Source of the DNA: a virus
Taxonomy: Duplodnaviria > Caudoviricetes
Length of the DNA stretch: 58,780 nucleotides
IMG/VR virus record: IMGVR_UViG_3300008459_000049
Span: 1-58,780 of that record
Strand: one strand, 5' to 3'
Shown: positions 30,509 through 39,757 of the stretch, in pieces
How the letters are laid out: every line of letters starts with the position of its first letter
Numbering within the stretch: the stretch's first letter is position 1
The notes under the pieces: generated by a model
What the model saw: only the letters and a program-made list of their open reading frames with translations
What the model was told of the DNA's origin: nothing
Databases searched by the model: none
Program-made: the position numbers and the translations under genes

Positions 30509-32491
30509 TTATCCTTGTAAAGTTTTAATTAAGTTCTTAAACTCTTCATCTTCATCTGGGAAGATTGCTAGTCCTAATTTTTCTCTTAAAGTTTGCTTTT
30601 TTTGAATTTGCTGTAAATTTTTTACAGGAAACTCTGTATAAGAGTCGTCGTTGTGCCAGACTAAACTATTTTTATTAAAATGAATTTGATAATTACCTTT
30701 TATTAAGTCTAGTGAATATTGTACATCTTCAGGTATTCCGCCTTCTTTATCAGAAAATACTAATTTTGTTTCGTCCCACTTTACTTTATCAAAAACATCT
30801 TTACGTACCATAAAAAATGCAGACGATTGATATAACGATCTATCTGCCGCATCGTGATCATATTCAACTAATGTATGTGGAGTTAAAGTTGCTCTATCCC
30901 AATATCTTGTTCCGTCTGGAGATAGAACTCTATTCCCTAAGACTTCCCAAGAATTATTAAGACTGTGCTTTATGGTACTATCTAACCAATCTTCCGATAA
31001 AATCACATCATCATCGCAAAATACAATATTTTCATATTGTGCTTTTTCTGCTGCTGCATTTCTTAGAGCAGCAACTTTTCTTGAATGTGCCTCTTGTTTT
31101 TTGTCTAATATTGATATTCCTTCAATATTTTTAAAATTATCAACATCACCAGTAATTATAATTTCGTATGGAATACTATACCATTTCTGTTTTTGTATGC
31201 TCTTAATAGTTAATAATGTTTTTTGTATTCTTTTACCATTAGTTGGTATACAAAAGCTTAAACCAGTTATAGGTTTTATTTCTAGTGTTTTTGGTTTAGA
31301 ATAAAAACCCAAAGAATAGAAAAATTTATCACAAACTTTTTCTACAGTAAACTCATTTCTTATCCAAACATTTAATTTCTTTGCCCAACTTTTAAATCGT
31401 GGATAGTCTTTATATACTTCACGCATACGTGATTTTAATGAACTTGACAGAGGATATGCCCAAGAGGTTCCCTCTTCAAGAACACCCTTCCACGAATGTT
31501 CTTTTGCAATTGGCTTTAGTTCATAATCGATTTTTCCAAACATTTTTTTATCTTTACCATTTTCATCTTTCATGGTAAGGAAATCAAGATGACCACTCCA
31601 ATCAGTTGCAATTACTGGTATTTCACTATATGCCGCCTCAAACATTGGGAAACCAAATCCTTCACCGTGAGTTGAAGAAACAAAAGCTTTGATTTGAGGA
31701 TGATTATACAGAGAATTAATTTCATCCTCTGACATATATCCATGTAGAAGAGTAACTGTACATTTGCGATCAGATGGAAGAGTAGACATTAGCATAGATA
31801 TATTTTTTTCAACAGTATCTCTATCCATAATTGAATCGTTTGTAATATTAATTTTTAACACTAAACCAACTTCTTCGTTTTTAAACTCTTCTACGAAGTT
31901 AGTAATAGTTTGTTCGAGATTTTTTCTTGGACCCCATTGACATATAGCTAGAAAATTAAAGTCATGTTTTAGATTTAATTTAAGATCAATTATTTTTCTA
32001 TCCTTAACTGGAAAATGACAAACTTCTATTGGAGTAGTAACTTTAAATTGATTATTATTTTTATCTCCAAATACTGTATTGATAAATGAAGATTTTGCGT
32101 GTTCACTTATTACAATAATTTTATCCATCTGTTGGCTTGGTTCTAGCCAAGATGGAGAAATAAAGTTTGTTTCAATTCCGGCAGTATATCCAATATTTGT
32201 AACTGCCATTTTTTTCCATTCATTTGGAATTGTAATCTGTAATGAAATATCAAAATTAGGATTATTACCAGTTTGCTGTAAATACGCTTGTGTTTTTGCG
32301 GATAGTTGGCTAACATATTGTACTTCTTCTTGCTGATCCACAATCCAGCCAGTATTTCCCCAATTCGTTCCAAGAAGAAATATATCAAATTTATCTTCAT
32401 GGTTTCGAAGAGATCTTAGTGCAAAACGGCACATTTCTCCATAACCACTTCTGCTTAAAATTGGTCCAGATATAACTATTTTTTTCTTCAT
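30509..32491 (-). CDS. Bifunctional glycosyltransferase, GT4 fused to GT2
   Basis: N-terminal SGYG..RKN..GEGFGFPMFEAA..PVIATDWSGH (GT4). C-terminal SFCIPT..RNAAAEKA..VFCDDD..EDVQYS (GT2). Confidence 0.85.
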   Translation of the reverse strand: MKKKIVISGPILSRSGYGEMCRFALRSLRNHEDKFDIFLLGTNWGNTGWIVDQQEEVQYVSQLSAKTQAYLQQTGNNPNFDISLQITIPNEWKKMAVTNIGYTAGIETNFISPSWLEPSQQMDKIIVISEHAKSSFINTVFGDKNNNQFKVTTPIEVCHFPVKDRKIIDLKLNLKHDFNFLAICQWGPRKNLEQTITNFVEEFKNEEVGLVLKINITNDSIMDRDTVEKNISMLMSTLPSDRKCTVTLLHGYMSEDEINSLYNHPQIKAFVSSTHGEGFGFPMFEAAYSEIPVIATDWSGHLDFLTMKDENGKDKKMFGKIDYELKPIAKEHSWKGVLEEGTSWAYPLSSSLKSRMREVYKDYPRFKSWAKKLNVWIRNEFTVEKVCDKFFYSLGFYSKPKTLEIKPITGLSFCIPTNGKRIQKTLLTIKSIQKQKWYSIPYEIIITGDVDNFKNIEGISILDKKQEAHSRKVAALRNAAAEKAQYENIVFCDDDVILSEDWLDSTIKHSLNNSWEVLGNRVLSPDGTRYWDRATLTPHTLVEYDHDAADRSLYQSSAFFMVRKDVFDKVKWDETKLVFSDKEGGIPEDVQYSLDLIKGNYQIHFNKNSLVWHNDDSYTEFPVKNLQQIQKKQTLREKLGLAIFPDEDEEFKNLIKTLQG

Positions 32492-32492
32492 A

Positions 32493-33737
32493 TTAAAATT
32501 CCTTTACAGTCCAAGATGTATAATTTTTTCTAGTGTCCCACGATCCATGTTTTTCATGAACTTCTTTCATTATTCTATCCCAGTTTTTGCAGAAGTTATC
32601 AAAGCTAAAATTCTTATTTACGAACTCACAACCTTTTTTACCAAGTTCTTTTCTTTCTTGTCTACTCATATTATGAATATACATCATCGCATCAACAACA
32701 TCTTTGTTGGACACTCTGTCTTCATAAATATATGGAACATCTTGGCTGCCAATAACAGCCTTTGATGCTGGTTCTATAAGAACTCCAAATTGTGTTTCTC
32801 CGTCAGTTAATTGATCCTGTATACCGCCAGTTTTATTTCCTATAACTGGCGTTCCGCACGACAATGATTCAAGAACAGAAAGACCAAATCCCTCTGCATC
32901 ACTTATGTTTATTGTGCAATCTGCTGCGTTGTAGAATTGTGCCATTACTTGCTGTGGTACTTTTCCAGTAGAAAGACCAAAATTTTCTTTTGTAAGACCT
33001 AACTCTTGAGCTATTGCTTGTAAATCTTGTCCGTTTGGATCTTTTGGATCAGTGTGCATTAATAGATATGCCTTATCATGCCCAACTTTATCTAGGAATT
33101 CTTTATACCACCATACAACGCTTCCACTCATTTTTCTGCGTGCATTTCTATTTGTCCAAAAAAATAAAGTTTTATTTGTGTGCATAAATTGCTTGTAATC
33201 TTCTACTGGAAGTGGTCTAAAAATTTCTGGATCTACTGCATGTGGAAGATATTCTTCTTCTACTTCTGGCGCTACAGTTCTAACGATATCACTAGTTAAT
33301 TTACTAATTGTAACAATTTTATCATTTGATAGATAAAATTTACGATTAAATTTTGGATATGGATAGTTGTCCCATACGTGATAATAAACAATAGGAACAT
33401 TACAACGAATCTCTTGCTCAAAATTCCATAGCCAAGTCCAAAATCTTGGATCTGTCATAATCCACATAATATCTGGCTTAAAATCTCTTATAAAATTTCT
33501 AATCATGTCTGGGGTTCCGTAGCCATCTACAGGAATTAAAGTTAAATCTTCTCCCCATTGTTGAAATCTTGTTGGTCTATAATCATTATGTTTAATAGCC
33601 CCACCAATATATAGAATTTGATAATCGCCAGTTTTTAAGAGAGAATCAACCATAAATTTACTTTGACCACCAACTCCAGAAGATGAAAGATAATGATCAG
33701 AAATAACAATAACTTTTATTTTTTTCTTATCTGACAT
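32493..33737 (-). CDS. GT4 glycosyltransferase
   Basis: SGVG, RNARRK and EGFGLSVLESLSCGTPVI motifs. Confidence 0.88.
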   Translation of the reverse strand: MSDKKKIKVIVISDHYLSSSGVGGQSKFMVDSLLKTGDYQILYIGGAIKHNDYRPTRFQQWGEDLTLIPVDGYGTPDMIRNFIRDFKPDIMWIMTDPRFWTWLWNFEQEIRCNVPIVYYHVWDNYPYPKFNRKFYLSNDKIVTISKLTSDIVRTVAPEVEEEYLPHAVDPEIFRPLPVEDYKQFMHTNKTLFFWTNRNARRKMSGSVVWWYKEFLDKVGHDKAYLLMHTDPKDPNGQDLQAIAQELGLTKENFGLSTGKVPQQVMAQFYNAADCTINISDAEGFGLSVLESLSCGTPVIGNKTGGIQDQLTDGETQFGVLIEPASKAVIGSQDVPYIYEDRVSNKDVVDAMMYIHNMSRQERKELGKKGCEFVNKNFSFDNFCKNWDRIMKEVHEKHGSWDTRKNYTSWTVKEF

Positions 33738-34707
33738 TTATAATTTCCTTTTTTAGGTCATTATCATACATTATTTTTGCCAATTCTTTAATTGTAGTTT
33801 TTGGTTTCCAGCCAAGTATTCTTTCTGCTTTACTTCTATCGCCTTGTAATAGCGGAACTTCACTTGGGCGCTTGTATTGTTCATCAATAACAATATATTG
33901 CATTAAGTCATACCCAGCAATTTCAGAAACGCAAGATATAAATTCATTGATTGTATAAGTTTCTCCGGTTGCAAGAACATAATCATCTGCAACATCGTGT
34001 TGCAGCATCATCCACATTCCTTCAACATATTCTTTTGCATATCCCCAGTCTCTACGCGCATCAAGATTACCAAGTCTTAATTCTTTTTGTAGTCCTAGTT
34101 TTATTCTTGCAGCTGCTTTTGTAATCTTGCGAGTTACAAACTGTTCACCGCGACGTTCGCTTTCATGATTAAAAAGAATACCAGAGCAAGCAAAAAGCCC
34201 ATAAGCCTTACGATAATTAATCACAAGATTATGAGCAGCTACTTTTGCACAAGCATATGGGGAAACTGGTGATAATGGTGTTAGCTCTCCTTGTGGTACA
34301 GCACTATTATCTCCAAACATCTCACTGGTGCTGGCTTGATAAAATCTTGTCGATGGAGATATATTTCTTATGGCTTCAAGACAATTTAATGTTCCATTAG
34401 CATTAATATCAAAAGTGCTTTCTGGAGAAGTAAATGAAACGCCTACGTGGCTTTGCGCTGCTAGATTATAGAATTCATCTGGTCTATATTTTGCTATAAT
34501 TCTCCATATCGAAGATGTATCAGAAATGTCTCCATTTTCCAATATTACATTTTTATTGTCTAATAAATGTTCTATATTAAAAAATTTTTTATCCTCCATA
34601 GAAGATCGCCTTACAACACCAACAACTAGGTAACCTTTTTCTAACAAAAATTCTGTTAAAAAGCTTCCATCTTGTCCATTTATTCCAGTTATAACAGCAG
34701 TTTTCAT
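33727..34707 (-). CDS. gmd: GDP-mannose 4,6-dehydratase
   Basis: ITGINGQDGS, YNLAAQSHV, QASTSEMFG, SPYACAK, GILFNHES, FVTRKIT and GNLDARRDWG motifs. Start placed at MKTAV (34707). Confidence 0.95.
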   Translation of the reverse strand: MKTAVITGINGQDGSFLTEFLLEKGYLVVGVVRRSSMEDKKFFNIEHLLDNKNVILENGDISDTSSIWRIIAKYRPDEFYNLAAQSHVGVSFTSPESTFDINANGTLNCLEAIRNISPSTRFYQASTSEMFGDNSAVPQGELTPLSPVSPYACAKVAAHNLVINYRKAYGLFACSGILFNHESERRGEQFVTRKITKAAARIKLGLQKELRLGNLDARRDWGYAKEYVEGMWMMLQHDVADDYVLATGETYTINEFISCVSEIAGYDLMQYIVIDEQYKRPSEVPLLQGDRSKAERILGWKPKTTIKELAKIMYDNDLKKEIINVR

Positions 34708-34718
34708 ATTTTTGTTCC

Positions 34719-35492
34719 TTATGGGCAATGCACTGTATTTTTATACTCACAATATGTGCAATTAAGTTTATTTTTTGGATAATTCTTTTTGTTAATATTA
34801 TATAAAGCTTTATTTAGAAAGTTAAGAGCATTTTGGATTTTTTTAGGACCACTTGTAACTCTAAAGATTTCAACTTGATTTTTTTTAGCAGTTCTTTTAA
34901 GAAGAGCAAAATATGTTTCTATGTTCTTTACATCTACGCCATGCTTTTGTGCATAGAAATGTTTATAGAACGTTAATTGATAAGTAGTAATCTTATCACT
35001 TTTTTTCTTTGCATCCCATCCCCAAGCACAAGATTTCCAATCAATAATATGGATTTTCTCATCTTCAGTTTGAATAATAAGATCTATGAAGCCTTTAAAA
35101 TTATAACCAAGATCTGGATCTTGTTTAATAGACTCATAGATGTCCTCTTCTGCTGCGAGAACTTTAAATTGTCCAAATTTTTGTTTAAGAGAAGGAATTA
35201 CTTTTGTAGATAAAGTTTTTCCTTGTTCAATCATATCAATGATTAATTTTTCATCAACCTTTTGATTGTTTTCTTTTAGAATCTTTATCTCTTCATTAAA
35301 TTTATTTAAGAAGATTTCTTGTTCATTAATATTATCATCTTGTACTTTTAGTTCTGCGGCTTCATGTAAAGCTGTACCAAAAGCAGTATATTCAGATCCA
35401 GAATATACATTCACTCTATCTTCATATGATAATTTATATTTAAACGGACACTCGTTCCAAACTTTAAGCGCTGAAAAAGATACATGCGACAT
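34719..35492 (-). CDS. PD-(D/E)XK nuclease, Cas4/AddB-like with Fe-S staple
   Basis: ECPFKY, FGTALH, GFIDL..IIDWKS, YQLTFY and C-terminal CTYC..C. Confidence 0.85.
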   Translation of the reverse strand: MSHVSFSALKVWNECPFKYKLSYEDRVNVYSGSEYTAFGTALHEAAELKVQDDNINEQEIFLNKFNEEIKILKENNQKVDEKLIIDMIEQGKTLSTKVIPSLKQKFGQFKVLAAEEDIYESIKQDPDLGYNFKGFIDLIIQTEDEKIHIIDWKSCAWGWDAKKKSDKITTYQLTFYKHFYAQKHGVDVKNIETYFALLKRTAKKNQVEIFRVTSGPKKIQNALNFLNKALYNINKKNYPKNKLNCTYCEYKNTVHCP

Positions 35493-35512
35493 AGTTACTC
35501 TCCATGGTGAAG

Positions 35513-35541
35513 ATTATAACTTATGCCGCCTTTTTTGTCAA
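35513..35541 (-). promoter_or_regulatory. Sigma70-type promoter for the Cas4-like nuclease and downstream glycosylation genes
   Basis: TTGACA-17-TATAAT, a perfect consensus. Confidence 0.8.
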
Positions 35542-36204
35542 CTTAGAAATTTTACTAAATAATTTAGGGCTTATTTTACTTAAATACTCTCTATCGCCAT
35601 TATAGAAATATTCAAAACCATTTGCATAATATTCTCTTAATGATGTAGTTCCATATGCTGATGGGAATAGACCTGTGCATATTTGATTTAATCTATCGTA
35701 TCCAACTACATTATATAAAAAATTATCAAATTGCGGATTATATTCTAATCTAATAAAAGCCATTGGATCTTCGTATTCAAGCTCTTGAGCTTTTAAAATA
35801 GACCTAAGCTTTTTTCGTTTTCCAACGAATTCTGCTGCTAGTTCGCTATCTCCATAAATTGATTCTCTATACATCTCTTCTGTAGAGTGTCCTAATTCAT
35901 GAATTATTGCTTCATATAAGCTTTCTTCTGTTAGATTTTGGCTAGATATATAGATCGCACCTCTTAGGTATGCAGACTGTACTTGTCTTAAGTCTAATTC
36001 TTCAAACTTGCCAACATAAATGTAGTCTAAATCTTTAAATAGCTTTTTTGGTATATTTTTTTCTATTCTTCTACAAACATTATGTATGTCTACAGGTTGT
36101 TCAATATTATGTTGTAATAATAAAAGTATGTCTTTAAAAAGAAAATATTCTTTTTTATTTTTTTTTGCTTGTTTGTTTGAATTTGCTATTGCATTAATAT
36201 TCAT
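35521..36204 (-). CDS. Putative zinc metallopeptidase (HExxH)
   Basis: IIHELGHS with downstream SLREYYANGF as a possible third ligand. Confidence 0.55.
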   Translation of the reverse strand: MNINAIANSNKQAKKNKKEYFLFKDILLLLQHNIEQPVDIHNVCRRIEKNIPKKLFKDLDYIYVGKFEELDLRQVQSAYLRGAIYISSQNLTEESLYEAIIHELGHSTEEMYRESIYGDSELAAEFVGKRKKLRSILKAQELEYEDPMAFIRLEYNPQFDNFLYNVVGYDRLNQICTGLFPSAYGTTSLREYYANGFEYFYNGDREYLSKISPKLFSKISKLTKKAA

Positions 36205-36491
36205 GATTTCTTTCTTTGTGATTTTTTAGGTCTATCAGATTCTTCTTCAAAATCAGCAACAGCTTGCTCATATCCACGAATAAAATTTTCTTCTGCTACA
36301 GCCATAAGGAACTCTGGAAACTCCTCTGCAAGAACATCAACAATCATTTCTACGGTTATATTTCCATCATTAGATTTTACTTTATTTCCCACATAATTTA
36401 CCAGCATTTGTTTTAGTGGATTTTCTTTTTGAACAAAAGATTTTAAATCTTCATTTAGAAATTGCTCTTGTTGTACTTGTTTCGCGTTCAT
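36201..36491 (-). CDS. Hypothetical protein
   Basis: 96-aa ORF with GAGGA RBS, coupled to the downstream gene. Confidence 0.65.
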   Translation of the reverse strand: MNAKQVQQEQFLNEDLKSFVQKENPLKQMLVNYVGNKVKSNDGNITVEMIVDVLAEEFPEFLMAVAEENFIRGYEQAVADFEEESDRPKKSQRKKS

Positions 36492-36500
36492 TTTTTCCTC

Positions 36501-37835
36501 TTATAAAACTTCAGCAGCTAGGCTTGCAACTGCGCTTCTTTCACCACGTTGTAGCGTTATATGACCAGCTAATTCAAATGGCTTAAATTTTTCAACTGCA
36601 TAAGTTAAACCGTTGTTTGTTGCGTCTAGAAAACTTGCGTCAATTTGTTGAATATCACCAGTTAAAATAATCTTTGTATCTTCACCAACTCTTGTAATTA
36701 TAGTTTTTAATTCGTGCATAGTTAAGTTTTGTGCTTCATCAATAATAATGAAAGCTTTTGAAATTGAACGACCGCGAATAAATGTAAGAGCCTCTACTTC
36801 GATTGTTCCATTCTCAAATAGCATTTCAAGATTACGTTTTTCTGGCATTAAGAATTCTAGGTTATCTTTAATTGGAGCAACCCAAGGAGCCATTTTTTCC
36901 TCTAGAGTTCCAGGTAGGAAACCGATATCGCGTCCCATTGGTTCTACTGGTCTTGAAACAACAATCTTGCTGTATAGCTCGCCTTCTATAGTTTGTTGTA
37001 GAGCGGCTGCAAGGGCAATTAGAGTTTTACCACAGCCAGCACTTCCAACTAGAGAAACAATTTTGACATCTGGGTCCATAAGAAGATCAATAGCAAATTG
37101 TTGTTCTTTGTTTTTAGCATGAATACCCCAAATTCCTCCATCGTTCTTTTTTACTTTTGATAATGGATGGTTGTAGTTTTTAAATTTGCATAGAGCAGTT
37201 TTTTTCTCATTTGCATTAGACACAAGCATTATGTATTGATTTGGAAATAGACAAATATTTTTTTCCTCTAGATAGATTTTTTCTCCAGAATAAAAACGAT
37301 CAATAATTTCATCATCAACAAGATGAGAAGTAAAACCAGTATAGATCTCTTCTACTTTTTGTACTATTTGATTTGTAGTATAATCTTGAGCTTGAATACC
37401 TAATGCATCAGCTTTAACGCGCATGTTAATATCTTGAGATACAAGATAAACTTGCTTTGATACATCGCTTTTTTGTTCTTCTGCTCGCATTACTGCTTTA
37501 ACTGTTGCAAGAATTTGATTATCTGGGTCTTGAATTGACATCTCTGGAGGTAGAGTATTTTGACCATAATCCATTACTGTTAGTAGACCTTTACGTCCAC
37601 CAATTTTAACACCTTTATCAAGCTGACCTTTCTCTCTTAGAGAATCAAAAATACGGATAACTTGACGAGCATTTGCACCTACACCATCTTGACGTTTTTT
37701 GTGCTTATCAATCTCTTCAAGAACCTTGAGCGGGACAACAATGTCATTGTCCTGAAAAGCATATACAGCATTAAAATCACTTAAAAAAACATTTGTGTCA
37801 ATTACATAAATTTTCTTGTTTTTAGCTTTTGCCAT
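36501..37835 (-). CDS. phoH: PIN-domain PhoH-family ATPase (PhoH2/YlaK-like)
   Basis: PIN motifs VIDTNV..VLEEID..DNQIL..SQDINMRVKA. Walker A GSAGCGKT. Also IGFLPG, IRGRS, IIDEAQN and GDIQQID. Confidence 0.93.
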   Translation of the reverse strand: MAKAKNKKIYVIDTNVFLSDFNAVYAFQDNDIVVPLKVLEEIDKHKKRQDGVGANARQVIRIFDSLREKGQLDKGVKIGGRKGLLTVMDYGQNTLPPEMSIQDPDNQILATVKAVMRAEEQKSDVSKQVYLVSQDINMRVKADALGIQAQDYTTNQIVQKVEEIYTGFTSHLVDDEIIDRFYSGEKIYLEEKNICLFPNQYIMLVSNANEKKTALCKFKNYNHPLSKVKKNDGGIWGIHAKNKEQQFAIDLLMDPDVKIVSLVGSAGCGKTLIALAAALQQTIEGELYSKIVVSRPVEPMGRDIGFLPGTLEEKMAPWVAPIKDNLEFLMPEKRNLEMLFENGTIEVEALTFIRGRSISKAFIIIDEAQNLTMHELKTIITRVGEDTKIILTGDIQQIDASFLDATNNGLTYAVEKFKPFELAGHITLQRGERSAVASLAAEVL

Positions 37836-37848
37836 TTTTGATCCTTAT

Positions 37849-37881
37849 AAAAAAAGGCACCGATGAAATTACCGGTGCCTT
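37849..37881 (-). terminator. Intrinsic terminator
   Basis: AAGGCACCG / CGGTGCCTT stem followed by a T-tract on the minus strand. Confidence 0.7.
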
Positions 37882-37907
37882 CATCTTACTATATTTAGTC
37901 TGAAAGT

Positions 37908-38459
37908 TTAATTTGTAGCATTATATTTAATAACAAAATCGTTCATAATTATAGAACCAGCCACAGCAGCATTGAGGCTTCTGACAGAACCATACTGCTC
38001 AATATAAACAAACTTATCACATATCTCCAATGTTTCGGGCGTAATTCCGATACCTTCTTCGCCCAATATAAACAGGACAGGCTTATCATATTTAGCATTA
38101 TCCAAAGTAATAGCAGACGGCACAGTATTCTCAATAGCCACAAGCTCGTAGTCCTCTTTTAGCTTGAGCAATTGGTCGCGTGTTGATAGATGGATCACAT
38201 CAGTATAATTGTGTGTTCCAACTGTGCCACGACGATCATAATGCTTACGTCCTAAATAGTATACGGCCCGTGCATTAAACGCATTAGCTGATCGAATTAC
38301 TGTACCAATATTAAAATCCCCAGCAAAGTTTTCCATACACACTGCATAAGGAAAAGACTTCGACTGGAGATCTTTTTTAATTAATTCAGTTGTCCAGGAT
38401 GTAAAGCGGTCGTTCTTATACTTATCAAGAATGTTTCTGTTGTCTGTGGTGTGCATCAT
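37908..38459 (-). CDS. SpoU/TrmH-family RNA 2'-O-methyltransferase
   Basis: NIGTVIRSANAF, ILGEEGIGI and RSLNAAVAGSI SPOUT motifs. Confidence 0.9.
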   Translation of the reverse strand: MMHTTDNRNILDKYKNDRFTSWTTELIKKDLQSKSFPYAVCMENFAGDFNIGTVIRSANAFNARAVYYLGRKHYDRRGTVGTHNYTDVIHLSTRDQLLKLKEDYELVAIENTVPSAITLDNAKYDKPVLFILGEEGIGITPETLEICDKFVYIEQYGSVRSLNAAVAGSIIMNDFVIKYNATN

Positions 38460-38465
38460 GCAGCT

Positions 38466-38494
38466 ACACTACCATGCTATTTTTTTCGCGTCAA
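38466..38494 (-). promoter_or_regulatory. Sigma70-type promoter, likely giving a leaderless SpoU mRNA
   Basis: TTGACG-17-TAGTGT with extended TG. ATG lies 6 nt after the -10 and there is no SD. Confidence 0.6.
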
Positions 38495-38629
38495 GAGAAT
38501 ATAAAGGTCTTCTAGTAAATCTTGAATATAGCGACTAATATTTAAAAAGATTTCTATCAATATTCCTGCTGTCATTACACCAAGAGTAATACCAACAGAA
38601 GCAGCACCAGCTAATAATATTAAGTTCAT
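38477..38629 (-). CDS. Small membrane protein (50 aa)
   Basis: MNLILLAGAASVGITLGVMTAGILIEIF...TRKK*. Fills the intergenic gap. Confidence 0.5.
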   Translation of the reverse strand: MNLILLAGAASVGITLGVMTAGILIEIFLNISRYIQDLLEDLYILLTRKK

Positions 38630-38636
38630 TTTATAA

Positions 38637-38843
38637 TTATCTTTTTATATGATCAGTAAATGATTTAACAGCATTTAGAACAAAATTTTCAAAATGTTCT
38701 TGTGACCACTCTTTTAATTCAAAGGCTTCTAAATACAAATCTTTAAATTTATCTGTTGCTTCAAAAATTATTTCTGCTGATCCATCTTCATTTTCTTTAA
38801 TCTCTAAACATTTTATTTCTTTTAAAAAATCATGCTCTGTCAT
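38637..38843 (-). CDS. Hypothetical protein
   Basis: 68-aa ORF, ATGA-coupled. Confidence 0.65.
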   Translation of the reverse strand: MTEHDFLKEIKCLEIKENEDGSAEIIFEATDKFKDLYLEAFELKEWSQEHFENFVLNAVKSFTDHIKR

Positions 38844-39028
38844 TTTCTACCCGCTGTTATATTTTTTGTGACTCTTATTTCTTTATTAGAATATGTCCAG
38901 ATCTCGCCATTATGTAAAACACATACAAAATAAAGATCAGATTCTAAACCATAATCAATAAGAATCTCCGCGTAGCCTTTGCCACGCGGAGACTCAATTT
39001 CTAATGGTGGATTTAATTGCAACATCAT
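38840..39028 (-). CDS. Small hypothetical phage protein
   Basis: 62 aa, LQLNPPL..PRGKGYA..IDYG.E.DL. Confidence 0.65.
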   Translation of the reverse strand: MMLQLNPPLEIESPRGKGYAEILIDYGLESDLYFVCVLHNGEIWTYSNKEIRVTKNITAGRK

Positions 39029-39054
39029 TTTGTTTTATTTGATGTTCTGTATTG

Positions 39055-39095
39055 GTGGAGAAGAGTAAATTTGGTGCAAATTTACTCTTCTCCAC
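39055..39095. repeat. Perfect 19-bp inverted repeat, 3-nt loop
   Basis: GTGGAGAAGAGTAAATTTG-GTG-CAAATTTACTCTTCTCCAC, 10 nt downstream of the tRNA-Ala CCA. Confidence 0.95.
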
Positions 39096-39105
39096 TATTT
39101 ATTAG

Positions 39106-39184
39106 TGGTGGACCATTTCGGTAACGCTCCGAACTGAATTTCTGCGTGCAAGGCAGACGACCACACTATGCAGTCCCATGGCCC
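39106..39184 (-). tRNA. tRNA-Ala(UGC), non-canonical D/T arms
   Basis: Acceptor GGGCCAT/ATGGTCC with G3:U70 and an ACCA end. Anticodon arm TCTGC-CTTGCAC-GCAGA. T-arm TTCGG-AGCGTTA-CCGAA lacks the TTC loop. Confidence 0.75.
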
Positions 39185-39199
39185 AATAAAGGAATAATT

Positions 39200-39739
39200 A
39201 TGAAAACTATAACACAAACTTGTAAAGAATGTAAAGAAATTTTTCAAGCTCAATTACGTGAAGTAAATAGGGGCAATGGAAAATATTGTTCCTTAAAATG
39301 TTCAAGAATTGGCGTTGCTAAAACTCACTTAGCGCGTACTGCTGAAATTAATAAACCTAATGTTGAATGTGCTCACTGCCATAAAATGTTTTATAAAAAG
39401 GTATCTAATAGAAACAAATCTAAGTCTGGATTGTATTTTTGTTGTAGAGAGCATAAAGATATCTCTCAAAGAATAGGAGGTATAAAAGAAATACAGCCGC
39501 CTCATTATTCTTTAGGTAAACATTGTTACCGCGATATTGCATTTCGTAATTATCAACATCAATGTGCAAAATGTTTTTACTCAAAAATTCCAGAAATTTT
39601 AGAAGTTCATCACGTTGATAGAAACAGAGAAAATAATTCTATTGAAAATTTAATAATTCTATGCTCTAGATGTCATGATGAAGAACATTTTTTAACTAAA
39701 ACTGGTAAATGGGGTCAGAAAGAAACATTTACCAGTTGA
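39200..39739 (+). CDS. HNH homing endonuclease with N-terminal Cys-rich zinc-finger repeats
   Basis: ATG 39200 after AAGGA. Repeated CxxC..YCSxxC units, then CAKC..LEVHHVDRNRENNSIENLIILCSRCHDEEH. Antisense to its neighbours. Confidence 0.88.
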   Translation: MKTITQTCKECKEIFQAQLREVNRGNGKYCSLKCSRIGVAKTHLARTAEINKPNVECAHCHKMFYKKVSNRNKSKSGLYFCCREHKDISQRIGGIKEIQPPHYSLGKHCYRDIAFRNYQHQCAKCFYSKIPEILEVHHVDRNRENNSIENLIILCSRCHDEEHFLTKTGKWGQKETFTS

Positions 39740-39750
39740 GCTATATCCCC
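39730..39750 (-). pseudogene. Orphan 5' fragment of a canonical tRNA (Ala-like)
   Basis: GGGGATATAGCTCAACTGGTA is an acceptor 5' strand plus D-arm start typical of bacterial tRNA-Ala. No anticodon or T arm follows. Confidence 0.6.
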
Positions 39751-39757
39751 ATATTTT

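Noticed and set aside
34719-35492. Cas4-like gene as part of a CRISPR-Cas system
   Set aside because: No repeat-spacer array or other cas gene was seen in the window. Solo Cas4-like nucleases are common in phages.
39185-39729. Group I intron or tmRNA interpretation of the tRNA/HNH locus
   Set aside because: The HNH is antisense and fills the interval, no intron core or tag reading frame was recognisable, and the downstream tRNA is already complete. Not formally excluded without a covariance search.
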